Below, one piece after another: positions 9,562 through 19,302 of a stretch of DNA of 64,000 nucleotides (position 1 is the stretch's first letter; every line of letters begins with the position of its first letter). The position numbers were made by a program, and so were the translations under genes. The notes beneath the pieces were generated by a model. It did not search any database and was not told the origin of the DNA. It saw only the letters and a program-made list of their open reading frames with translations. The stretch is from Candidatus Omnitrophota bacterium (GTDB taxonomy: Bacteria; Omnitrophota; Gorgyraeia; Gygaellales; Profunditerraquicolaceae), in the NCBI GenBank assembly GCA_963805065.1, contig CAWDSS010000010.1, positions 1,112,359-1,176,358 of the forward strand, in the 5' to 3' direction.

Positions 9562-10568
9562 TCACGGAAGCTACCGCCATATTGTCCCGCAAACTCGATT
9601 TGTCCGAAAGCCTAATGACTTCTGTAATGGAGGAAGTCATGTCCGGAAAAGCCGCTACGCAGGATATCGTAGATTTTTTAAATGCCCTGAATGAAAAAGG
9701 CGAAAGCGTTGAGGAATTGACTGCTGCAGCGCTGGTAATGCGGCGCTTCGTTACTAAGATAAACACAGCGCATAAAATAATACTTGATACCTGCGGAACC
9801 GGAGGAGATAGATCAGGCACATTTAACGTTTCTACAATAGTTGCTTTTGTGGCCAGTGCAAGCGGTATCACAGTGGCAAAACACGGCAACCGTTCAGTAT
9901 CAAGCTGTTGCGGCAGCGCAGACATACTGGAAGCCTTGGGTATAAATATTAATTTAACCAAAGAGGTAGTTGAAAAATGCCTCAATGAAATCGGTATTGC
10001 TTTTTTATTTGCGCAGAATCTTCATCCTGCAATGAAGTATGCTATGCCGGCAAGAAAACAAATAGGCAGGCGCACCATGTTTAATATTTTAGGCCCCTTG
10101 ACTAACCCGGCTGGCGCGACTCATCAGTTGGTAGGAGTTTTTGATAAGCGCTGGACAGAAATCTTGGCAAAAGTTTTGTTAAACCTGGGTACGGTGCATG
10201 CCTTGGTAATCAGCGGAGAAGATGGCCTTGATGAGATAACTACTACTACGAATACTTTTATTTCCGAGGTTTCTGCAGGTGCTATAAACAACTATGAAAT
10301 AAACCCGGAATATTTCGGGTTAAAAAAAGCCAGCCTCAAAGATTTAAAGGGAGGGGATGTCTCCTATAACGTAGAAATTATGATGGACATTTTAGGAGGA
10401 AAACCCGGTGCCAAACGCGACATTGTGCTGCTAAATGCAGCAGCTGCAATTTATGCGGCTGATAAAGTAAAGAATTTACGCGATGGGATAAAGCTGGCTG
10501 CCGAGGCAATAGATTCAGGCAATGCGTTTAAGAAATTCAATCTTTTAAAAGAATTTTCCAATGCCTAA
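9558..10568 (+). CDS. trpD: Anthranilate phosphoribosyltransferase
   Basis: [18 protein letters not shown] and KHGNRS motifs. 336 aa. Confidence 0.95.
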   Translation: MITEATAILSRKLDLSESLMTSVMEEVMSGKAATQDIVDFLNALNEKGESVEELTAAALVMRRFVTKINTAHKIILDTCGTGGDRSGTFNVSTIVAFVASASGITVAKHGNRSVSSCCGSADILEALGININLTKEVVEKCLNEIGIAFLFAQNLHPAMKYAMPARKQIGRRTMFNILGPLTNPAGATHQLVGVFDKRWTEILAKVLLNLGTVHALVISGEDGLDEITTTTNTFISEVSAGAINNYEINPEYFGLKKASLKDLKGGDVSYNVEIMMDILGGKPGAKRDIVLLNAAAAIYAADKVKNLRDGIKLAAEAIDSGNAFKKFNLLKEFSNA

Positions 10569-11352
10569 ACCAGACAAATTAAAAGAGATTGTCCAGAAGA
10601 AGAAAGAAAAAATCATTTTAGCCAAACAGGAATTTCCCGAAGCTGATTTGAAAGCCAAATTACCTTATGTTGCCGCAACCCGCCCCTTTATCCCAGCCAT
10701 AAATAAGCCGCGCCAGATTTCTCTTATTGCCGAGATAAAGAAACAGTCGCCTTCTGCCGGAGTAATCCGCCAGGATTTCAATCACCAGGAAATCGCCAAG
10801 ATTTATCAGGAAGCAGGGGTTCAGGCGATTTCAGTTCTGACTGAAGAGGATTATTTCGCAGGAAACTTGAATTTTATTAATGAAATAAAGAATTTGGTTA
10901 ATTTGCCCATACTAAGGAAAGATTTTATTCTTGAATCCTACCAGGTTTTAGAATCCAGGGTTTTTGGGGCAGACGCCATACTTTTAATCGCAGATTTATT
11001 GACGCAGGAAGAAATCTCGCAGATGGTTAGTGACGCGGCTGGGCTGGGCATGGATTGCCTGGTTGAGGTGCATTCTGAAAAGGAGCTCAAGAAAGTCCTG
11101 AAATTAAAAGGAGTTTCGCTAATCGGCATAAATAACCGTGACCTGCGCACGCTTGAGGTGGATTTTAAGGTTACGGAAAAGCTTTTCCCGCTTATTCCCA
11201 GAGACAAAACCGTAGTGGTTGAAAGCGGGATTAAGTCTTATCAGGATACCTTGTTCCTTAAAATTCTAGGAGTTAACGCTGTATTAATCGGCGAGGCATT
11301 TATGGAGGCAGCGGATATCGGTAAAAAAATAGAAGAGGTAATGGGTTGGTAA
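10561..11352 (+). CDS. trpC: Indole-3-glycerol phosphate synthase
   Basis: IAEIKKQSPSAG, LRKDF and GINNRDL motifs. Confidence 0.93.
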   Translation: MPKPDKLKEIVQKKKEKIILAKQEFPEADLKAKLPYVAATRPFIPAINKPRQISLIAEIKKQSPSAGVIRQDFNHQEIAKIYQEAGVQAISVLTEEDYFAGNLNFINEIKNLVNLPILRKDFILESYQVLESRVFGADAILLIADLLTQEEISQMVSDAAGLGMDCLVEVHSEKELKKVLKLKGVSLIGINNRDLRTLEVDFKVTEKLFPLIPRDKTVVVESGIKSYQDTLFLKILGVNAVLIGEAFMEAADIGKKIEEVMGW

Positions 11353-11353
11353 T

Positions 11354-11409
11354 AAAACTCAAAAGGCAAAAGGAAAAAGTCAAAACTTCAACGTAAAACT
11401 AAAAACTTT
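11354..11409 (+). repeat. A-rich heptamer array (AAAACTC AAAAGGC AAAAGGA AAAAGTC AAAACTT ...) in the trpC-trpF gap
   Basis: Unit order matches the reverse complement of 60292-60343 (AAAACTC AAAAGGC AAAAGTC AAAACTG TAACGC ...), with one extra unit. Confidence 0.8.
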
Positions 11410-11423
11410 AGTTTAAAATAGAA

Positions 11424-12044
11424 TTGATAAAAGTCAAGATTTGCGGAATAACTAATATTCAGGATGCGAAGGCATCTGTAGCTGCTGGATGCGATGCGCT
11501 GGGTTTTGTATTTTATAAAAAGAGCAGCCGATATATTGTTCCTAAAAAAGCAAAAAAAATAATTGATAAACTCCCTAAGAGAATTTTCAAAATAGGCGTT
11601 TTTGTTAACGGGACAGAAAAATCCGTAAAAGATATTGCAAAATCGTGCAATCTTGATATATTGCAATTTCATGGCGATGAATCGCCTGAGTTTTGCCGTA
11701 AATTCCCAAAATACAGGATAATTAAAGCCTTTAGGGTTAAAGACAGTATAGATTTAGAAAATGTATTAAGATATAAGACCTTTGCCTATCTTTTTGATAC
11801 TTTTACAAAATCAAACATCGGCGGCACTGGCAAGAAATTTGACTGGAAGCTTATCAGGCACATTGGTAAAATAAAACGTCCTATATTTTTATCCGGTGGA
11901 TTAACTGCGCATAATGTAAAGCAGGCCTTACGAATTGTAAAACCGCAGTGGGTAGATGTTTCTAGTTCTGTGGAAAGTGAACCAGGCAAGAAGAGTGTTA
12001 AGAAAGTACAAGAGTTTATTAGGGTGGTTAAAAATCTATCTTAA
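11424..12044 (+). CDS. trpF: Phosphoribosylanthranilate isomerase
   Basis: [10 protein letters not shown]-terminus and QFHGDES. TTG start. 206 aa. Confidence 0.9.
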   Translation: MIKVKICGITNIQDAKASVAAGCDALGFVFYKKSSRYIVPKKAKKIIDKLPKRIFKIGVFVNGTEKSVKDIAKSCNLDILQFHGDESPEFCRKFPKYRIIKAFRVKDSIDLENVLRYKTFAYLFDTFTKSNIGGTGKKFDWKLIRHIGKIKRPIFLSGGLTAHNVKQALRIVKPQWVDVSSSVESEPGKKSVKKVQEFIRVVKNLS

Positions 12045-12046
12045 AC

Positions 12047-12385
12047 ATGAAAAAGTGTCCGTTTTGCGCTGAAGAAATTCAGGATGATGCTATAAAATGC
12101 CGTTATTGCGGGGAATTCTTAAAGAAAAAACGCAAGTGGCTCAACTGTTTCTTGGGTTGCCTTGTTTCGTTTTTTGCTTTCATATTTTTATTAATATTTA
12201 TTACCTATTTAAGCTTTTTTCTGTTAAAATTCCTTATCTATAAGATATTTTTCTCCGGCTCTAGCTCTTTGAATAATCCTGTTCCCTTTACCGGGCAGGG
12301 GATTGAGGGCATGCTTAAGGAATTCGGCGATGCGTTCAGGGCAATTTGGGAAAGATTAGCACATAATAACACAACCACATTTTAA
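12047..12385 (+). CDS. Zinc-ribbon membrane protein of unknown function, embedded in the trp operon
   Basis: N-terminal CPFC...CRYCG zinc ribbon followed by a long hydrophobic stretch ([32 protein letters not shown]). Tightly packed between trpF and trpB. Confidence 0.6.
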   Translation: MKKCPFCAEEIQDDAIKCRYCGEFLKKKRKWLNCFLGCLVSFFAFIFLLIFITYLSFFLLKFLIYKIFFSGSSSLNNPVPFTGQGIEGMLKEFGDAFRAIWERLAHNNTTTF

Positions 12386-12396
12386 GGAAAATTTAT

Positions 12397-13578
12397 ATGT
12401 TACCTGATAAAAAAGGACATTTTAACGGCTTTGGCGGAAGGTTCGTGCCTGAAACCTTGATTTATGCCTTGGATGAGTTGGAAAAAGTGTATTTAAAAGC
12501 CAAGCGCGATAAAAAATTCCATGAACAACTTGACTATTACCTTAAGGAATATGCCGGACGGCCCACTCCTTTATATTCGGCGAAAAACTTAGGCAGAAAT
12601 CTGGGATTAGATAAGATATATTTGAAACGTGAAGATCTGCTTCATACCGGCGCACATAAAATTAATAACACCTTAGGCCAGGGTTTGCTTGCGTTAAGGA
12701 TGAAAAAAGAGCGCGTAATTGCAGAAACCGGCGCAGGCCAGCATGGAGTAGCCACTGCAACTGTTGCGGCAATGTTCGGCCTTAAATGCGACGTTTACAT
12801 GGGCGAGGAAGATATAAAAAGGCAGGAGCTAAATGTTTTCAGGATGAAACTGTTGGGAGCAAGGGTAATCTCGGTTAAAAGCGGCACAAAAACTTTAAAA
12901 GATGCCATGACCGAGGCGTTAAGGGATTGGGTGACAAATGTCAGGAATACACATTATGTTATAGGCACTGTTGCCGGCCCCCATCCGTATCCTATGATGG
13001 TCAGGGATTTTCAATCAATTATCGGTAAAGAAGCCAGGCGGCAAATATTAAAGCAGGAAAACAGGCTCCCGGATTATTTAATCGCCTGTGTAGGCGGGGG
13101 AAGTAACGCCATGGGTTTATTCTACCCCTTCTTTAATGACAAAAAAGTTAAATTTATAGGGGTAGAAGCAGCGGGATTGGGCATTGCTTCCGGCAAGCAT
13201 GCTGCAACTTTAGTAGCCGGATCTCCCGGAGTTTTACACGGGTCAAAGTCAGACTTACTGGAAGATAAATTCGGCCAGGTTAAGAATGCGCACTCAATCG
13301 CAGCAGGGCTAGATTATCCCGGAGTAGGGCCGGAGCATGCTTATTATAAAAAAATAGGCAGGGCAACTTATGTAGCGGTAAGCGATAAGGAAGCGCTGGA
13401 AGGTTTTAAGCTATTGTCAGAGACTGAAGGCATAATTCCTGCGCTTGAACCGGCACACGCTATTATTTATTTAAAAAAGATGAGTAAGAAAATTAAAAAG
13501 AATTCTATTGTAATTTTATGCCTTTCCGGCAGGGGAGATAAAGATACTTATACAGTGGCGCAAAGGTTTAAACTATGA
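12397..13578 (+). CDS. trpB: Tryptophan synthase beta chain
   Basis: HTGAHKINN (PLP lysine) and GGGSNAMG. 393 aa. Confidence 0.96.
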   Translation: MLPDKKGHFNGFGGRFVPETLIYALDELEKVYLKAKRDKKFHEQLDYYLKEYAGRPTPLYSAKNLGRNLGLDKIYLKREDLLHTGAHKINNTLGQGLLALRMKKERVIAETGAGQHGVATATVAAMFGLKCDVYMGEEDIKRQELNVFRMKLLGARVISVKSGTKTLKDAMTEALRDWVTNVRNTHYVIGTVAGPHPYPMMVRDFQSIIGKEARRQILKQENRLPDYLIACVGGGSNAMGLFYPFFNDKKVKFIGVEAAGLGIASGKHAATLVAGSPGVLHGSKSDLLEDKFGQVKNAHSIAAGLDYPGVGPEHAYYKKIGRATYVAVSDKEALEGFKLLSETEGIIPALEPAHAIIYLKKMSKKIKKNSIVILCLSGRGDKDTYTVAQRFKL

Positions 13579-14360
13579 ATAGAATTGAAAGAGCATTCAA
13601 AGATTTAAGGAAGAATAAGAAGAAAGCCTTCATTGCTTTTATTACCGCAGGTTACCCTAATCTGAATATTACGGAGAAACTGATACATGCATTTTCCAGA
13701 ATCGGGGTGGATATTTTAGAGTTGGGGGTACCTTTTTCAGACCCGCTTGCAGACGGGCCGATAATACAAGAGGCTTCGCAAAAAGCTTTAAGAAATAATG
13801 TGCATCTGGCAGACATCTTAAAAGTAGTAAAAAAAGCGAGACACAATACAAATATACCTTTATGTTTAATGACTTATTATAATCCTATATTCTGTTTCGG
13901 TGAGAAAGATTTTGTGAAAAAGGCCATAGAGGCAGGCTTGGATGGAGTAATCATTCCGGATTTGCCTCCTGATGAGGGAAAAACCTTTATTAAGTTAGCG
14001 CAAAAGTACGGTTTAGATGTTATATGTTTTATTTCCCCCACAACTTCCCAAAAGCGTGCAAAATTTATTGCCGCAATATCAAAAGGTTTTATTTATTATG
14101 TTTCATTAACGGGAGTTACCGGCCCGCGTAAGAATTTACCCGCTGACCTGATAAATAACCTGAAAATCATTAAAAGAATAACCCAGAAACCTGTGTGTGT
14201 TGGTTTTGGCGTCTCAACAAACCTTCAAGTCAAACAAATTTATAAAATTGCAGACGGAGTGATTGTGGGTAGCGCTATCGTTAAAAAAATTAAGGATAAT
14301 ATAGGTAAGCAGGATTTAGTGAAAAATGTAGCCAATTTTGTCAGCAGTTTAAAAACATAA
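13575..14360 (+). CDS. trpA: Tryptophan synthase alpha chain
   Basis: [14 protein letters not shown] motif. 4-nt overlap with trpB. Confidence 0.95.
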   Translation: MNRIERAFKDLRKNKKKAFIAFITAGYPNLNITEKLIHAFSRIGVDILELGVPFSDPLADGPIIQEASQKALRNNVHLADILKVVKKARHNTNIPLCLMTYYNPIFCFGEKDFVKKAIEAGLDGVIIPDLPPDEGKTFIKLAQKYGLDVICFISPTTSQKRAKFIAAISKGFIYYVSLTGVTGPRKNLPADLINNLKIIKRITQKPVCVGFGVSTNLQVKQIYKIADGVIVGSAIVKKIKDNIGKQDLVKNVANFVSSLKT

Positions 14361-14388
14361 GATAATGACAAATGGCAAAATCCAAAGA

Positions 14389-14456
14389 AAAGGGGACGTT
14401 TCTATTTTTAACGTTTCCTAATTAGAAGAAAAATAGAAACGTCCCCTTTATTCTTA
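14389..14456 (+). terminator. Intrinsic terminator-like hairpin after trpA (21-bp perfect stem)
   Basis: AAAGGGGACGTTTCTATTTTT (14389-14409) pairs perfectly with AAAAATAGAAACGTCCCCTTT (14429-14449). A T-rich tail follows. Confidence 0.7.
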
Positions 14457-14465
14457 ATTTAAGAT

Positions 14466-15734
14466 ATGTATAAGAAATATAAATTAGATAATGGTCTGAG
14501 AATTATTGCGCACCGCATGCCAGATATGCAATCTGTGGCATTAGGCATCTGGATAAATGTGGGCGGCAGGTACGAGTCCGAAGAGAATAAAGGTATATCT
14601 CATTACCTGGAGCATCTGGTTTTTAAGGGCACCAAGAATTATTCCTGCAGGAAGATAAAAGAATCCATTGAAGGCATGGGTGGCTCATTAAACGGCTTTA
14701 CTTCCGAAGAGTTAACCTGCTATTTGGTAAAAATTCCTGCACGCTATTTTGAATTAGCCTTGAATGTTTTATCCGATATGGTGCTAAATCCTACCATACC
14801 CCAGGTAGAAGTAGATAAAGAAAGAACTGTAATCTTAGAAGAAATAAAGATGTATAGGGATTTGCCACAAAGCTACGTCTATGAGTTATTGGATGAATTG
14901 CTTTGGCCAAACCAGCCCCTGGGAGCGCCCATAATCGGAACAGTTGAATCTGTCAGCCGGATTGACAGAACCGATTTATCAGTTTTTAAACAGGATTATT
15001 ACACCCCTGAGAACATAGTAATCAGTGCAGCCGGATTGCTGGATTATGACAAATTACGAAAAAAAACCGAAAAGATTTTTTCTTCATCTAAAGCTAAAAA
15101 CAGAAACATTTTTGTGAATATAAAAGAAGGGCAACAGGCACCCCAGCTAAAATTATTCCATAAACAAACCGAACAGACGCATCTGGCTTTGGGGTTTCAT
15201 AGTTTTAAGCGGGATCACCCTCTAAGGCATGCAGCAGGATTATTGCATGTAATATTAGGCGCTAATATGTCAAGCCGGTTATTTAATGAATTGAGAGAAA
15301 AAAGAGGCCTTGCCTATGAAATCGGTACAACACTGAAACGGTTTGACGATACAGGTGCATTTATCGTTCATGCCGGGATAGATAATAATAAAATAATACA
15401 GGCATTAGGGTTAATTTCAGAGGAGTTGAGAAAGATTAAGGATCAGTTAGTCACAAGCGATGAATTTAAGCGAGCAAGGGAATTTTATATCGGACAGCTT
15501 ATGCTGGCTTTGGAGGATACTCTTGATCATATGCTTTGGATTGGTGAATATACGGCAAGCATCAATAAAACCTATACGTTAAAAGACATAATTAAAGAAG
15601 TCAACAAAGTAACCCGTCAGGACATATTGCAGGTAGCCAAAGAAGTATTCCTTAATAAAGAAGCTTGCCTAGCCTTAATCGGCCCACTGAAAGATAAAGA
15701 AGCGGACATTTACAAAGAGCTTAAGATAAATTAA
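14466..15734 (+). CDS. M16-family zinc peptidase (pitrilysin/insulinase-like)
   Basis: Inverted zinc motif HxxEH in ISHYLEHLVFKGT. 422 aa two-domain size. Confidence 0.85.
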   Translation: MYKKYKLDNGLRIIAHRMPDMQSVALGIWINVGGRYESEENKGISHYLEHLVFKGTKNYSCRKIKESIEGMGGSLNGFTSEELTCYLVKIPARYFELALNVLSDMVLNPTIPQVEVDKERTVILEEIKMYRDLPQSYVYELLDELLWPNQPLGAPIIGTVESVSRIDRTDLSVFKQDYYTPENIVISAAGLLDYDKLRKKTEKIFSSSKAKNRNIFVNIKEGQQAPQLKLFHKQTEQTHLALGFHSFKRDHPLRHAAGLLHVILGANMSSRLFNELREKRGLAYEIGTTLKRFDDTGAFIVHAGIDNNKIIQALGLISEELRKIKDQLVTSDEFKRAREFYIGQLMLALEDTLDHMLWIGEYTASINKTYTLKDIIKEVNKVTRQDILQVAKEVFLNKEACLALIGPLKDKEADIYKELKIN

Positions 15735-15736
15735 AA

Positions 15737-16756
15737 ATGGAAAATGTACTTTCCTGGCCCATGACAATAATATTATTAATAATCTTAGCATTGGTATCGT
15801 GTTTCTTTTCATTATCGGAGACTTCCATAGTCGGTTTAAGCAGGATCCGCCTTCGCCATATGATTTCACGGGGCGTGAGAGGCGCGCAGAGCATACAGCG
15901 CCTGATTACAAAACTGGACAAGTTTATTGTTGCGATTCTGGTAGGGAATAATTTTGTCAATATTGCAATGTCCGCAATTATAACAGGAATTTTCGTTTAT
16001 CATTTCGGTTATAGATTAGGAATACTTCTTGCTACGCTTATTGCCGCGTTGTTTATAGTCATAATATGCGAGATTACCCCAAAGATTTTAGCAATTAAAA
16101 ATACGGAACGCGCGGCTCTATTGGTCGCTCCGCTGATGGAAACATTTATCAAAATATTTAATCCTGTTATCTCTGTTTTTGAAGCCGCAGGCAGCATTAT
16201 TATTAGATTATTAAGAATTAAACACGCAAAAAGATCTCCCCTGGTTACCGAAGAAGAGCTAAGACTGATGATTGAGCTCGGTAAAGAAGAAGGATTCTTG
16301 AGCATAGAAGAGGCAAAGACACTGCAGCGCATTTTTGAATTTGGAAAGATTAAAGTCAGCGACGTAATGGTACTAAAGGATAAGATGATATCCGTAGACA
16401 TCAATATCACTCCGGGACAGCTCCTGGATATTTTTGTAGAAGAGGGTCATGCGAGACTGCCGGTATATAAGGGCTCGCCCGATAACGTCGTAGGAATTAT
16501 TTATGCCAGGGACTTATTGTACATTTTAAGGGATAAAGGATTATTCTTGCTGCAGGATCTTTTGCATGAGCCTTATTTTGTCCCATCTAACATGCAAGTA
16601 AGCGAACTCTTAAAGAGATTCCAACTGGATAAAATTCAGATCGCTATCGTTATTAATGAACATAAAAAGACAGTAGGCTTGGTTACACTTGAAGACTTAA
16701 TTGAAGAGATTGTGGGCGAGATAGAAGAGACACACCACAAGCATCGGCATAGATAA
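15737..16756 (+). CDS. CNNM/DUF21 transmembrane protein with CBS pair (TlyC/CorC-like), lacking a C-terminal CorC_HlyC domain
   Basis: N-terminal multi-TM region with FSLSETS, then a CBS-like region ending LEDLIEEIVGEIE. The ORF ends at a TAA contributed by the hairpin element. Confidence 0.8.
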   Translation: MENVLSWPMTIILLIILALVSCFFSLSETSIVGLSRIRLRHMISRGVRGAQSIQRLITKLDKFIVAILVGNNFVNIAMSAIITGIFVYHFGYRLGILLATLIAALFIVIICEITPKILAIKNTERAALLVAPLMETFIKIFNPVISVFEAAGSIIIRLLRIKHAKRSPLVTEEELRLMIELGKEEGFLSIEEAKTLQRIFEFGKIKVSDVMVLKDKMISVDINITPGQLLDIFVEEGHARLPVYKGSPDNVVGIIYARDLLYILRDKGLFLLQDLLHEPYFVPSNMQVSELLKRFQLDKIQIAIVINEHKKTVGLVTLEDLIEEIVGEIEETHHKHRHR

Positions 16757-16863
16757 GTGAGGACATAAGTTATGGAGAATAAAATTAAAAATGTATCCGA
16801 CATAACTTATCTGTCCGAACTTACCCGGCACATAAATTATGTGCTGGGTTATGGGCTCATTAA
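16753..16863 (+). repeat. Intergenic modular hairpin element, copy 1 (ATAAGTGAGGACATAAGTTATGG... family)
   Basis: The first ~75 nt are near-identical to 38189- and 39271-. Hairpins are GGACATAAGTTATG/CATAACTTATCTGTCC and CCCGGCACATA/TATGTGCTGGG (16824-16848). Ends GGGCTCATTAA. Confidence 0.85.
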
Positions 16864-16867
16864 TTAT

Positions 16868-16896
16868 TTGACATGCAAAAATTACTGTGATAAGAT
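16868..16896 (+). promoter_or_regulatory. Putative sigma70-type promoter (TTGACA-17-TAAGAT)
   Basis: TTGACA at 16868-16873, 17-nt spacer, TAAGAT at 16891-16896. Upstream of the small zinc-ribbon gene, rsfS and argS. Confidence 0.4.
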
Positions 16897-16947
16897 AGAA
16901 CACATTATTGGATAACGTGGCAGTTAAAAAGTTTAAGGAGGAAAGAA

Positions 16948-17097
16948 ATGGCTGAAAAAGGTTATTGTGTAAAATGCAAGAAAAAACAGGAAATGAAAGA
17001 TGAGCAGAAGGTCACGATGAAAAACGGGCGCCTGGCCGCAAAGGGCAAATGCCCTGCCTGCGGAACCGGCATGTATAAGATTTTAGGTAAAAAGTAG
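16948..17097 (+). CDS. Small zinc-ribbon protein (49 aa)
   Basis: MAEKGYCVKCKKKQEMKDEQKVTMKNGRLAAKGKCPACGTGMYKILGKK with CxxC...CxxC. AAGGAGG lies 7 nt upstream. Below the ORF-track length cutoff. Confidence 0.65.
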   Translation: MAEKGYCVKCKKKQEMKDEQKVTMKNGRLAAKGKCPACGTGMYKILGKK

Positions 17098-17116
17098 TTT
17101 AGGAGGTAAAATACTC

Positions 17117-17476
17117 ATAGAAACAAAAAAAATAGCACTGCTTGCGGCAGCTGTTGCAGGTGCCAAGAAGGCTAAAAAAGTAGTCGTGCTTGATATGAAG
17201 AAGGTTGCCAGCCTTTGCGATTACTTTGTTATCTTAAGCTGCACTTCTTTAAGGCAGACAAACGCTGTTGCTTCGGCTATAGAAGAAGAATTAGAAAAGA
17301 ACAGGATAAAACCTCTCTCTAAGGTTCCCAGAAACGACGAATCCGGATGGCTCGTCTTAGATTATGTTTCCGTAATAGTCCATATATTTTACGAACCGAT
17401 GAGAGAGTTTTATTCTTTGGAGCGTCTTTGGTCTGATGCTAAGAAAGTAAGATTGGCAAGCACAAGAAAAAAATAA
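17117..17476 (+). CDS. rsfS: Ribosomal silencing factor RsfS (start codon uncertain, possibly non-canonical)
   Basis: DYFVILSCTSLRQTNAVASAI and WLVLDYVSVIVHIF are RsfS-like. In-frame upstream sequence IETKKIALLAAAVAGAKKAKKVVVLD also looks like the RsfS N-terminus. No ATG/GTG/TTG exists between the TAG at 17084 and the GTG at 17186. AGGAGGT is at 17101-17107. Confidence 0.7.
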   Translation: METKKIALLAAAVAGAKKAKKVVVLDMKKVASLCDYFVILSCTSLRQTNAVASAIEEELEKNRIKPLSKVPRNDESGWLVLDYVSVIVHIFYEPMREFYSLERLWSDAKKVRLASTRKK

Positions 17477-17502
17477 TATCCCTGCCTTAAAAATTTCCTC
17501 TC

Positions 17503-19140
17503 ATGAAAGAAAATATCCAGCAAACATTAACAAAAATTTTAAGAGAAGCTTTAAGCGAACTCAAATTAGATAGCGATTATTGCGGGCAATTTTACCTTGA
17601 TTTTCCTACCGATGTACGCTTCGGAGACCTCTCCACAAATCTCGCCCTCAGGTTAAGTAAAATTTTAAAAAGGCCTCCGCTGGAAATTGCAAAAGAGATA
17701 ACGCAAGTTACAAATAAGCGCCTAGATAGGGACCCTTTAAGAGCTTACGTAAAAGAAATCAAGGCAGAGGGAGCCGGTTTTATCAATTTTTATTTGCAGG
17801 AAAAATATTTCTACGAACAATTAAAAAACATAATTTTAAAAGGTAAGGCTTATTTTAAACTAAATTCTGGTAAAGGAACAAAGGTTTTGATTGAATTCGT
17901 AAGTGCAAACCCCACTGGGCCATTATCTGTTGCCCATGCACGCCAGGCTGCAGTAGGGGATGGCTTGGCAAATATACTGGAATTCTTAGGTTTTAAGGTA
18001 AAAAGGGAATATTACCTTAATGATGAAGGCAACCAGATAAATATATTAGGAAAAAGCGTAGAATTGCGCCTTAAGGAGTTAAGCGGCGAGCATTTGGAGT
18101 TTCCTGAAAATTATTATCAGGGAGATTATATTTACGATATAGCCAGGAAAGTTAAAAATGAAAATTTGAAAGTTAAAGATTTAGGAGAATTCGCAGGCAA
18201 CTATATCCTGGGTATCATTAGAAATGAGTTGGATGATTTCGGCATAGAATTCGACATCTGGTATTCTCAAAAAGCCCTGCGTAAAAGCGGGAAGATTAAT
18301 AAAGCACTTGAATTTTTGAAGAAAAAAGGATTCTTATATGACCAGGAAGGCGCTTTGTGGTTTAAATCTAGCGCATTCGGGGATGATAAGGACAGGGTTG
18401 TGATAAAAAGCGATGGTGTCTATACCTATTTAGCCCCGGATATTGCTTATCATCAGGGAAAATATAAGCGCGGATTTAAGTGGTTGATAAATCTTTGGGG
18501 CCCGGATCATCACGGCTACATCGGCCGGCTTAAGGCAGCAGTTCAGGCACTAGGGTATTCACCAGATTCTTTATCAATCGTAATCGTGCAGTTAGCTACT
18601 ATTTTTCGGGATGGTAAATCAATCGAGATGTCCACCCGCAAAGGCCAATACATAACACTGCGTGAGGTGCTACAGGAAGTTGGAAAGGATTCTTCCCGTT
18701 TTTTCTTTATGATGCGCAGGACCGACAGCCACCTGGATTTTGATCTGGATGTCGCGAAAAAACAGACTCCGGAAAACCCCGTATATTATATACAATATGC
18801 CTATGCCAGAATCTGTAGTATCCTGCGTCAAGGGCAAATTAAGTTGAGAAAAGATGCTGATCTTGCGCTCTTAAAAGAAAAAGAAGAAGTTGGCTTGATT
18901 AAAAAGCTGATACAATTTAGCCCCATATTGAATATCTGCCTGGTTACTCAGGACCCTTACATGCTCACAGTATACCTTCAGGAGTTAGCCGAGGCATTTC
19001 ATAAATTCTACGACCAGCACCGCGTTTTAGGAGACAACGATTCTTTAACAGGCGCCAGGCTCCATCTCATTGAAGCAACGAAAACCGTATTAGCTGCAGG
19101 ATTGGAGTTGCTAGGTATTTCTAAGCCAGAAAAAATGTAA
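17503..19140 (+). CDS. argS: Arginine--tRNA ligase
   Basis: SANPTGPLSVAHAR (HIGH region) and a C-terminal DALR-type anticodon-binding region. 545 aa. Confidence 0.95.
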   Translation: MKENIQQTLTKILREALSELKLDSDYCGQFYLDFPTDVRFGDLSTNLALRLSKILKRPPLEIAKEITQVTNKRLDRDPLRAYVKEIKAEGAGFINFYLQEKYFYEQLKNIILKGKAYFKLNSGKGTKVLIEFVSANPTGPLSVAHARQAAVGDGLANILEFLGFKVKREYYLNDEGNQINILGKSVELRLKELSGEHLEFPENYYQGDYIYDIARKVKNENLKVKDLGEFAGNYILGIIRNELDDFGIEFDIWYSQKALRKSGKINKALEFLKKKGFLYDQEGALWFKSSAFGDDKDRVVIKSDGVYTYLAPDIAYHQGKYKRGFKWLINLWGPDHHGYIGRLKAAVQALGYSPDSLSIVIVQLATIFRDGKSIEMSTRKGQYITLREVLQEVGKDSSRFFFMMRRTDSHLDFDLDVAKKQTPENPVYYIQYAYARICSILRQGQIKLRKDADLALLKEKEEVGLIKKLIQFSPILNICLVTQDPYMLTVYLQELAEAFHKFYDQHRVLGDNDSLTGARLHLIEATKTVLAAGLELLGISKPEKM

Positions 19141-19290
19141 GTGAGGCCATAAGTTATGGAGCGAACACCCGGCTTTATCGGAACAGCCGGTGTGCCGCTT
19201 GTGCGGCAAGCGAACATAACTTATACGGCCGAACTTATCCTTGACACGTAAGGTTCAAATTGAGATGTAATCGAATTCGTGTCAAGGATC
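19138..19290 (+). repeat. Intergenic modular hairpin element, divergent copy 2
   Basis: Starts TAAGTGAGGCCATAAGTTATGGAGCGAACA. Hairpins are GGCCATAAGTTATG/CATAACTTATACGGCC, ACACCCGGCT/AGCCGGTGT and the 12-bp ATCCTTGACACG/CGTGTCAAGGAT. Its TAA is the argS stop. Confidence 0.8.
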
Positions 19291-19302
19291 TAATTCACAT
19301 AA

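Noticed and set aside
16774-16914. Small ORFs starting inside the hairpin elements (MENKIKNVSDITY(L/M)SELT...), each preceded by GAGGA. They occur at 16774, 38211 (TTG) and 39292, with a variant MERTPGF... at 19155.
   Set aside because: The conserved peptide portion simply mirrors the conserved nucleotide module 1. Downstream of it the peptides diverge completely wherever the hairpin cassette differs. One copy has lost the ATG, and lengths vary (6 to 46 aa). There is no evidence of selection at the protein level. Ribosome profiling could revisit this.
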